This document shows, in pieces, positions 36,429 to 47,080 of a stretch of 64,000 bases of DNA. Source of the DNA: Malacoraja senta. Its lineage: Eukaryota. The notes under the pieces were generated by a model, which worked only from the letters and a program-made list of their open reading frames with translations, did no database searches and was not told the origin of the DNA. The DNA lies in NCBI GenBank assembly GCA_038087875.1, contig CM075993.1, positions 6,140,001-6,204,000 of the forward strand, read 5' to 3'. The translations under genes were made by a program, and so were the position numbers. Every line of letters begins with the position of its first letter. The stretch's first letter is position 1.

Positions 36429-39400
36429 TGTATGTGTAGGAAGGAACTGCAGATGCTGGTTTAATCCGAGATGCTTGAGAACTCAGTGGGACAGGCAGCA
36501 TCTCTGGAGAGAAGGAATTGAATTGAATTAGACTTTATTAATCCCCTTATTCAGGGGAAATTCAGATGTCCTTGCAGCACACTAATAAAATACAACATAG
36601 TATTAAAAAGAAGTTCAACACCAAAACACCCCCCCCACAGTGGGGGAAGGCAGAAAGTCCAGCCCCCATCCTCTTGTCCACCCAGAGTCGGGCCCACTGT
36701 GGCCTCCACAGTCGCCGCCACAGCGCCCGATGTTCTCGCCGGGTGATGGTGCTCCGGCATCGGGAGAACCCCCAGCGGCTTGGGGTACCAGGAACGACCA
36801 CCTTCCCACCGGAGACCGCAGCTTCCAAGCCAACAGACCGCGCCGGACGGAGCTCCACACACTGGCGATCTCAGCAAGAGATCCCAGGCTCCGGGATGTA
36901 ACGTTCAGCGTCGCAGCTGGGCCGCTCCACAGAACCGCTGCCCTGCTCAAGAAGGGTCTCGACCCGAAACGTTTCCCATTCCTTCTTTCCAGTGATTATC
37001 TTATATACATATATATCTTCTCTATATATACATGTCCATGTACTGTATATATACTTTGTGTGGTTCCTGGGCTGCCTACTGTTGGGTAACTCCGCGAAAT
37101 GTCACCCCCCCTGCATTTCAAATCTAAATCTCTCGCCAATCCACAGCCTTCGACCGATTAACTAAAAATTTTGTTTTTTTATTAAGACCAAAACAAAATA
37201 GTTCTCGCGAATTCCAAGTTCACGAGTTTGGGGAGGGGGGAGAAGTTGGCGAGTCGGTGAAAATACAGCTCCCGATGGAATATAAGTAGAGATAAAACAA
37301 AAACACTGAAAGCAAATAGTAACTTCACAGCGGGAAGTAGGACATATGTGTGTCTGGTGTGTGTGTGTGTGCGCTACTGAATACTTTCTGTCCAGTGTCT
37401 CCGCTGCAAATTGCAATGCATGCGTGTTTGATATTTAGACAAACGTAATTTTATTTCCAGTTTTGCATTTTTCAGTTTGTTTCACATATTTAATTAGTTG
37501 TAATCCCTCCTGGAGAATGTGAAAGTGGAGATGGTTCTCATACATAAAGACCAAGAGAAGGCGAAACTCCGGTTTGCAGATGGCTTCTTGATTCTAACGA
37601 GTGGTTGGGAAAGGTAGACAGAAAATGCTGGAGTAACTCAGCGGGACAGGCAGCATCTCTGGAGAGAAGGAATGGGTGACGTTTCGGGTGGCGACCCTTC
37701 TTCAGACTGGTGTTTGGGAAACGTGGATTAGGTTGGGGGGGGGGTGGGTTGGGGGGGGGGGGAATACATTCGCCTTTCTCTCTGATTTCAGGACTGGATG
37801 CATGTTGACACACATAACACAGAGAAGGGGAGATCGCTGCGTTTAGGTCTGAGGCGAAGGGACCCAAGAAGTTCTCGATTTCCCCCCCGCGATAGTTTTG
37901 CTTTTTGCATTTTCCCTTTCTCCAGAGATGCCGCCTGTCCCGCTGAGTTACTCCAGCTTTTCGTGTCAAAGTCGTCTTGTTCAATCTCATTTCATTGCAA
38001 CTTCAGCCCTGGATACCCCGCGTTGATCCGCGCGTATTTCAGCATTTATCGTTCTAAAAGCCTCTTTACCTCCCGGAGCCACATGTAACTAAACCGCATG
38101 TAACTTTAACAGAGAGATACAGTTGCCATCAATGTTGCTTAAATGACTAAAATTCGTAAACTCTGGAGAGGAGAAGATTGACAGGGAGGTGTTTAGTACG
38201 AATTTTATTCCTTAAAAGTGTCTCTGTTGCAAATTGCGCGTTTGATATTTAGACAAATTTAATTTAATTTCCAGTTTTGCATTTTTAGTTTGTTTCACAA
38301 TTTAATTAGTTTTAATCCCTCCAAGAGAACGTGAATGTGGAGATGGTTCTTATACATAAAGACCAATATTTATTTATGCCTACTATATTCTGTTGTGCTG
38401 AAGCAAAGCAAGAATTTCATTGTCCTATCTGGGATACACGACAATAAAGTCTATTGAATCTTGAAAAGGGACAAACGAAATTAATGAATGCTAGTTATAT
38501 TTTATATATATCGAATAACGAATCACTTAAATGAATCACTGCCAAGAGATGTCAGGCGCTGGAATTGTGCAGGAAGGAACTGCAGATGCAGGTTTTAACC
38601 GAAGATAGACACAAAATGCTGGAGTAACTCAGCGGGACAGGCAGCATCTCTGGAGAGAAGGAATGGGTGACGTTTCGGGTCACCATCACCAGAATGTTTC
38701 CGTTCATTTCGTTCGCCTTGACTCATCTTTGGAAATTCTCCACATCTGAGCTCTGGACTTGCTCAGTAGATGAGCCAATGAAAGATTTATGGAGTCTGAA
38801 GAAGGGTCTCAACCCGAGACGTTCACCTATTCCCCTTCTCCAGAGATGCTGCCCGTCCCGCTGAGTTACTCCAGCGTTTTGGTGTCCAAGTCGTCTTGTT
38901 GAGTCTCATTGTCTGTAACTCGTTTTCACCCGTCCCACAGCCAACAGTAAACGGTCCCCTTTATCATCGTTTTGTTTAAGAAGGAACTGCAGATGCTGGA
39001 AAATCGAAGGTAGACAAAAGTGCTGGAGAAACTCAGCGGGTGCAGCAGCATCTATGGAGTGAAGGAAATAGGCAACGTTTAGGGTCGAGACCCTTCTTCA
39101 GATCTTCTTTATCATCGTTGCCTTTTTGCATATCTTTCATTCTTTGGTTCGATATCTCTCTAGATCAGAGTCTATATCTCTCGTTTCCCTTCCCCCTGGC
39201 TCTCAGTCTGAAGAAGGGTCTGCCTCGCCCCGAGACCTCACCCATTCCTTCTCTCCAGAGATGCTGTCTGACCACCAGTTACCCCAGCTTTGTGTGTGTG
39301 TCTATTTTCGGACTATTAACTCCCCTGGAGTCGACCAGTGTCTGACATCTAATAACAAATGTTAGTGTCGTTGAATAGATGAACGTTTTGGTTTCGATAA

Positions 39401-40814
39401 CATACACGGCCAGGGTGGTTAGTGTCTGTTTGAGTCCACCCCACCCCCTCTCCTGCCGTTATCTCGAATCCTAGCATTGCTGAATTCCTTGTGATCACCC
39501 CTGCCTTTTGTCAGTGAAAATATTTCCCTTCATTCTACGTTCGAAGATAAGCGAGCAAAGGCTTCGATACATTGGCTTGTGGATGCGCCGAATCTTCATT
39601 TTATTGTTTAAAATTGAAATATAGTTTATCTATTTTTGTTTAGTCTGCCTGCCTCGTAACATGCCGGAATGTTAATTGCGTTAAACCGATCGATGCAAGA
39701 ACGATTTCGTTCAGCATTTGTATTTTAGGAAATCACATACAGGAATTCAAGAGTCTTTTAATTGTCATATAGGCAACAGACAATAGACAATAGGTGCAGG
39801 AGTAGGCCATTTGGCCCTTCGAGCCAGCACCACCATTCAATGTGATCATGGCTGATCATCCCCAATCAGTTCCTGCCTTCTCCCCATATCCCCTGACTCC
39901 GCTATCTTTAAGAGCCCTATCTAGCTCTCTCTTGAAAGCATCCAGAGAACCCGCCTCCACCGCCCTCTGAGGCAGAGAATTCCACAGACATGTAATGGCA
40001 ACATAGCCATAAGTTGTTTAGGAGTCGATTAACGAATCCCTTAAATGGATCACTGCCAAGAGATGTCAGGCGATGGAATTGTGTCGGAAGGAACTGCAGA
40101 TGCTGGTTTACACCGAAGATAGACACAAAATGCTGGAGTAACTCAGCGGGACAGGCAGCATCTCTGGAGAGAAATCATGCCTTGTTTACTTGCTACATCT
40201 TAACGGGCCCTTTGATGCCATAACTTATATATGTAATAATACAATAAATACATAAATCAGTAATTTTAAGGTGAGGGGAGAAAGATTTAATAGGAACCTG
40301 AGGGGCAACTTTCTTTACACAAAGGGTGGTGGGTGTGTGGAATTAGCTGCCATGAGGCAGGTCCCATCAGAATATTTAAGAAACATTTGGACAGGTACAT
40401 GGATAGGACAGTTTTAGAGGGATATGGGCCAAGCACAGCAGTTGGGACTAGTGTAGATGGGGCATGTTGGTCGGCATGGGCAAGTTGGGCCAAAGGGTCT
40501 GTTTTCACGCTGTATCACTCTATGACACGATGAGTAATACTAGGTGACCAGACTATAATAGCGCAAAACCAAAGTCTGTATGCAAATAAAATGAATAACC
40601 ACAATACTAGTGTGAAAAACCCCAAGTCCTTAGTGCAACCTAATGCAATCCATTGAAGATCATGGTGTAGACATATTTAGGAAGGAACTGCAGATGCTGG
40701 TTTACACAAAAGGACACAAAGCGCTGGAGTAACTCAGCGGGTCAGGCAACATCTCTGGGGAAGATGGACAGGTGATGTTTCGGGTCGGGACCCTTCTTCA
40801 GACTTCAGATACAT

Positions 40815-41232
40815 GGATACATAGATACATAGAAAATAGGTGCAGGAGTAGGCCATTCGGCCCTTCGAGCCTGCACCGCCATTCAATATGATCATGGCTG
40901 ATCATCCAACTCAGTATCCTGTACCTGCCTTCTCTCCATACCCCCTGATCCCTTTAGCCACAAGGGCCACATCTAACTCCCTCTTAAATATAGCCAATGA
41001 ACTGGCCTCGACTACCCTCTGTGGCAGAGAGTTCCAGTTCCAGAGATTCACCACTCTCTGTGTGAAAAAGTTTTTCCTCATCTCGGTCTTAAAGGATTTC
41101 CCCCTTATCCTTAAGCTGTGACCCCTTGTCCTGGACTTCCCCAACATCGGGAACAATCTTCCTGCATCTAGCCTGTCCAACCCCATAAGAATTTTGTACG
41201 TTTCTATAAGATCCCCTCTCAATCTCCTCAAT
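40815..41232 (-). mobile_element. CR1 LINE 3' fragment
   Basis: ORF 40911..41279 ([12 protein letters not shown]…) with (ctatgtat)n tail. Similar minus-strand copies at 3668-3890, 9650-9960, 21795-22130, 27115-27390, 30270-30620 and 44860-45150. Confidence 0.9.
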
Positions 41233-41661
41233 ACCTGCAATGCTTTGTTCAGCCCCTCCTCTCCCCCAGCTTTCTCCACCCCACCCCGCCACCCCCTTAC
41301 ATTCAGTCTGAAGAAGGGTCCCGACCCAAATCATCACCTACTCATGTTCTCCAGAGATGCTGCCTGACCTGCTGAGTTACTCCATCACTTTGTGTCCTTT
41401 TGACAGGAGGTCATCGTTGCTGAAGTTAGTAGGTTAGCTTTGCGCTTGACCAAGAGCTAGATGCTGGTTGTTGGGATGAGGCTATTCTTAAAGCTGGAGA
41501 CAGGCACAAAAAGCTGGAGTGACTCATGGGGTCAGACAACATCTCTAGAGAAAAAGAGTAGGTGACGTTTCAGGTCGAGACCCTTCTTCTCCTGATGAGT
41601 TACTCTGGGTTTTTGTGTCTATCTTCGGTTTAAACCAGCATCTGCAGTTCCTTCCGACACT

Positions 41662-42450
41662 ATGGTAGCAAAAACAGGAAGGCAGATTACTATCTAAATG
41701 GCGTCAAGTTGGGAAAAGGGGAAGTACAACGGGATCTGGGGGTCCTTGTACATCAGTCTATGAAAGTAAGCATGCAGGTACAGCAGGCAGTGAAGAAAGC
41801 AAATGGCATGTTGGCCTTTATAACAAGAGGAATCGAATATAGGAGCAAAGAGGTCCTTCTGCTGTTGTACAGAGCCCTAGTGAGACCACACCTGGAGTAT
41901 TGTGTGCAGTTTCGGTCCCCTAATTTGAGGAAGGACATTCTTGCTATTGAGGGAGTGCAGCATAGGTTTACAAGGTTAATTCCCGGGATTGGGGGACTGT
42001 CACATGCTGAGAGAATGGAGCCGCTGGGCTTGTACGCTCTGGAGTTTAGAAGGATGAGAGGGTATCTCATTGAAACATATAAGATTGTTAAGGGCTTGGA
42101 CACGCTTCAGGCAGGAAACATGTTCCCGATGTTGTGGGAGTCCAGAACCAGGGGCCACAGTTTAAGAATAAGGAGTCAGCCATTTAGAACGGAGACGAGG
42201 AAACACTTTTTCTCACAGAGAGTGGTGAGTCTGTGGAATTCTCTGCCTCAGAGGGCGGTGGAGGCAGGTTCTCTGGATGCTTTCAAGAGAGAGCTAGATA
42301 GGGCTCTTAAAAATAGCGGAGTCAGGGGATATGGGGAGAAGGCAGGAATGGGGTACTGATTGGGAATGATCAGCCATGATCACATTGAATGGCGGTGCTG
42401 GCTCGAAGGGCCAAATGGCCTACTCCTGCACCTATTGTCTATTGTCTATT
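41662..42450 (+). mobile_element. CR1 LINE, 5'-truncated, young
   Basis: 216-aa open ORF2 C-terminus (RDLGV…LVRPHLEYCVQF…RTRGHSL…[14 protein letters not shown]) and (ctattgt)n tail. Confidence 0.95.
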
Positions 42451-43286
42451 GACACTTGAAGCTGGAGGTCACTGCTTTCAGGCTCCTATATCTCTTTATT
42501 GATGGTAGAATGGATGGAAGTGTGGTCAGGGTGGTGTGGGTCTGGGATGATATTTGCTGCCTTGTTGAGGCAGTGCCTCCTATAGACCACTTCGATGGTG
42601 GGGAGGTAAGTATCTGTGAAGGACTGGAAAGTGTTCACCACTTATGTGATCTTCTTCATTGTTGACTGTTCAAGTTGCTAAACCAGGCCATGATGCAACT
42701 AGTCAATGTGCTCACTACTATACACCTGTAGAGGTTTGATAGCATATTCCGTGACATACTGATTCTCCTCAATCTTTCTCAATTATGTTCTGCCAAACGC
42801 ATTAACAGACCCCAAACTAAAACAAAAAGGACAAAAATCATTCACTTAGTTTAGAGATACAGTGCGGCAACAGGCCCTTCGTCCCACCGAGTCCGCGCCG
42901 ACCAGCGATCCCCGCACATTAACACTACCCTACACACACTAGGGACAATTTACACCTACACCAAGCTAATTAACCTACAAACCTGTACGCCTTTGGAGTG
43001 TGGGGGGATACCGAAGATCTGGGAGAAAACCCACGCAGTCACGGGGAGAACGTACAAACTCCTTACAGACAGCACCCGAGGTCGGGATCGAACCCAGGTC
43101 TCCGGCATTGCAAGCGCTGTAAGGCAACAACTCTACCGCTGCGCCACTGTGCCGCCAGCTTAAGATGGATGTTTAGGAGTAGAATATCTATATCCCACAA
43201 CTATAGGGCATGGACTGAAGGGGGATGGTGCAGGGGCAGAGATAGGGAACCATAATTAGATTTAGAGATTCAGTTTGAACAGCTAA

Positions 43287-43772
43287 AGGGCCTGTCCCAC
43301 TTGGCCGTCATTTGCGTGTCATTTACGCGACCTCCAAAAATGTGGCCGCTGCGTTGTGACGCACGGGTTGCGTGTGGGTAGCGCGGGACGGGCGCATGGA
43401 GAGGCGTGGAGATGTGTTGAGTTGCGCACGGTATCGCGCGGCGCTCCAGGATTTCGTGCTGCACGAAATCCTCGCGCGCCAGCTGCGTGACGTATCACGT
43501 ACGCACGCTGACGCATTGGGTACGCACGCTGACGCATTGGCGTCGCACGCTGCATCCCGACATCTCACGTGCATCGCGTGGCCACGCATGGTTACGTCAC
43601 CGTGCATAACCACGCGTCGCCGCGCGCCGCAGGGTATTCTAACGATGTCACGCGCACCAGACGGCATGATGTCACGTGATTTGCTCGCGACGTCGTGCGT
43701 AACGACGCGTCGACCTTTTTTACATATGACGTGTAAATGAGGCGCAAATGACGGCCAAGTGGGACAGGCCCT
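43287..43772. mobile_element. PIF/Harbinger-like MITE, CpG-rich subfamily
   Basis: TIRs AGGGCCTGTCCCACTTGGCCGTCATTTGCG; related shorter copy at 62528-62746 with a duplicated right TIR. Confidence 0.88.
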
Positions 43773-45544
43773 TTTGTTCTCAAAAATAGACACAAAATGC
43801 TGGAGTAACTCAACGGGCCAGGCAGCATCTCTGGAGGGAAGGAATGGGTGATGTTTTGGGTCGAGACCCTTATTCAGACTGAGAGTCAGGCGAGAGGGAG
43901 ACATAGAGATATGGAAGGATACGGTGTGAAAATGAGAGATCAAAGCGGATGATGTTCAAGGAAAATTTAGAATGGATTATTGTTAACTGAGGGAAGGCCT
44001 ACAATCAGTCAAATTTAATCAGGTGGAAAGTGAATCTAGTCAGAGAACTGGGATGGGGGATGGATTCTCAATGTTAAAATCTGCAGGGAGTTTTGCATTC
44101 TTCCAGTTCAGCTTGTCTCTTCCACATTGGGACATGAACTGAACTGGTTATAACGTCATTTTGATTGGGAACTAGAGAACTACTTAAAAATTATGAAGCA
44201 AAGAAAAAAGCAGACTAAGATTTAAACAGTATGGGGAAAATGGTTTCCATGTAACCTCCACACAGTAATCAGATACCATTGTCTCTTTGCTGCTACTTTC
44301 ACTGTAGTTTGCCATAGATATTAACAAGCAATTGCTTCTATAGACACATGTCCAATGTTACTGTATGTTGCCTGAAGGAAACAAAGTGTTGGAGTAACTC
44401 AGCGGGTCAGGCAGCATCTCTGGAGAACACGGGTATGTGATGTTTGAGTCTTCTTCAGAAGAAGGCTCTCGAACTCAAACATCACGCAGCCATGTTCTCC
44501 AGAGATGCTGCCTGACCCGCTGAGTTACTCCAGCACTTTGTGTCTTTTTGTGTAAAAACCAGCATCTGCAGTTCCTTGTTTCTACAACATACAGCCTTTA
44601 ATATTCGTAACCTGCAGTAAAGAAAAACAAGCTTATTGCTATTAAAAACACCTTTAATTTTGATAATTCTGTGGAAACAATAACCGTTGCTATGAGCCTG
44701 AAACTCTAGCCCCTAAACTCCTTTCCCCCATTGATACAATTATCTTTGATGGGTGCTCTCCTATAATATGCAGTCTCTTAGGAATGCAACTCTAGTCTAT
44801 TGAAGTAATACTATTACATTGGTATGGCAATGATACTAACTGTGTCATAGATGGTTATTGCATAGAAACATAGAAACACAGAAAATAGGTGCAGGAGGAG
44901 GCCATTCGGCCCTTCGAGCCAGCACCGCCATTCATTGCGATCATGGCTGATCGTCCCCAATCAATAACCCGTGCCTGCCTTCTCCCCATATCCCTTGACT
45001 CCACCAGCCCCTAGAGCTCTATCTAACTCTCTCTTAAATCCATCCAGTGATTTGGCCCCCACTGCCCTCTGTGGCAGGGAATGCCACAAATTCACAACTC
45101 TCTGGGTGAAAAAGTTTTTTCTCACCTCATTCTTAAATGGGCTCCCCTTTATTGTGACACAAACAAATGGCTATCCATTCTAGTGGCCGGTTCCTAGTGG
45201 GGCCCGTTTATAATTCCAAACCCATCATCGGAGGAAGTGAAGCCACATGCAAACTGGAGGAACAGCACCTCATATGGGTAGCTTACAACCTAATGGTATG
45301 GACAGTGAATTCTCAAAGTTTAGGTAATCTCCTATTATGACGCCCCCCCCACCCCCTTATTCCCCCAACCCCACTCCTTTTTCTTCCCTCCTCCCACTCT
45401 GCTCCCCTGCTGTGGCCCATTTAAACTCCACCAATGTCCCTGCTCCACCTCTCGCCCCCCTGCAACTTCCCCCCCCCTCCAGCTTCACAGGGGCGGGCTT
45501 GCCCCCGCCCCCCATATCAAAAATCTTCTAACCCACCATTCTAC

Positions 45545-45898
45545 CTCCAGGTCCCCCTCGGGTCGGCCGACTTGGGGCTACTGACTATCCCGCGGTCTAG
45601 GTTTAAGCTCAGGGGTGACCGCGCTTTTGCGGTTGCAGCACCTAGACTGTGGAACAGCATCCCGCTCCTCATCAGAACTTCCCCCTCCATCGACTCCTTT
45701 AAGTCGAGGCTCATGACCTATTTCTACTCCCTAGCGTTTTTGAGGCCCTCTGAGGGGGCGCGGTAAACAGTTTATGTGTGTATTGTTAGGTCTGTGTAAC
45801 ATTGTATGTAGCACATTAGTACCTGCACTGATGTACAGCACTTTGGTCAATGGGAATTATACAAATAAAATGGATTGATTGATTGATTGATTGATTGA
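45545..45898 (+). mobile_element. L2 LINE 3' end
   Basis: LLTIPRSRFKLRGDRAFAVAAPRLWNSIP…SIDSFKSRL, AATAAA and (gatt)n tail. Confidence 0.85.
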
Positions 45899-46005
45899 CA
45901 ATCCACAACTTCAATCCTGTCTCACACCTTCTGCTTTTATCTCTGGCCTTTGTTCCAACCATCTGCCCAGCAGAACCCCCCTCTGGCCTGTGTCCATCTA
46001 TAAAC

Positions 46006-46409
46006 CAAAGATCCTATAGCGGAGCAAGATAGACAACTCCTGCTAAATGCAATGGGCTGACGTGTAGTACGCAACGGAGTGGAACGTGGGCCTTTTTTTC
46101 ATCCATTTCAGTAACCCGACCCGACCCGACCCGCAGTGTAATCAACGTTGCGGGGGAACAGTTTGTGTTAATAAATTATAATTCTGAAAATGAGGAGAAG
46201 ATTTTTACCAAATATTATTTTTACGAGGATGTTTCCGTAACCGGCTTCCGTCTCCGCACTAGTTATCTTTGCTCTGCTATGACGGGATCTTTGGTGCGGA
46301 GACGGAAGCCGGTTACGGAAATGGGGCCGAAAATTACCCATGAATCTGCCCATGACCGTACTACGTCTTTTTCGTCGAGTGGACGATCTTGCTCGCTATA
46401 GGATCTTTG
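46006..46409. mobile_element. MITE with 8-bp TSD (P- or hAT-like)
   Basis: TIR CAAAGATCCTATAGCG(G)AGCAAGAT; TSD ctataaac/ctataagc. Confidence 0.85.
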
Positions 46410-46980
46410 CTATAAGCTGCCACGCTTTGTCCTGCCTCTCCTCTCTTCCAGCCTCCATCTCCCCTTCTTACCTTCAATCTGAAGAAGGGTCTCCACCCGA
46501 AATGTCACCTATCCATGTTCTCCTGTGTTGCTGCCTGACCCACCGAGCTACTCCAGTACTTTGTGTGTTAACCAGGATCTGCAGTTTAGTTTAATTTAGT
46601 TTAGTTAAGTTAAGTTTAGTTTAGTTTAGTGATACAGCACGGAAACAGGCCCTTTGATCCACTGAGCCCACGCCGACCAGCGATCAATCCGTACACTAGT
46701 TCTATCCTACGTATTAGGAACAATTTACAGAACCCAATTAACTTACGAACCTGCACGGCTTTGGAGCGTGGGAGGAAACCGGAGCACCCAGAGAAAACCC
46801 ACGTGGTCACGGGGAGAACGTACAAACTCTGTATAGACAGCACCCGTGGTCAGGATCGAACCCGAGTCTCTGGCGCTGTGGGGCAGCAACTCTACCGCTG
46901 CGCCACTGCTCCCTGTTTCTACACCCATAATGAGGTGGCTGTTTCCCTAACTACCCTTTGAAGTGATCCAATAAGCCATG

Positions 46981-47080
46981 GTAGACAAAAGTGCTGGAGA
47001 AACTCAGCGGGTGCAGCAGCATCTATGGAGCGAAAGAAATAGGCAACGTTTTGGGCCGAAACCCTTCTTCAGACTGATAA
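46981..47080 (-). mobile_element. Penelope-derived mini-element with 15-bp TSD
   Basis: atccaataagccatg at 46966-46980 and 47081-47095. Confidence 0.85.

Noticed and set aside
43319..43943. Arg-rich 206-aa ORF
   Set aside because: Spans a Penelope fragment and a CpG-rich MITE; no domain or splice support
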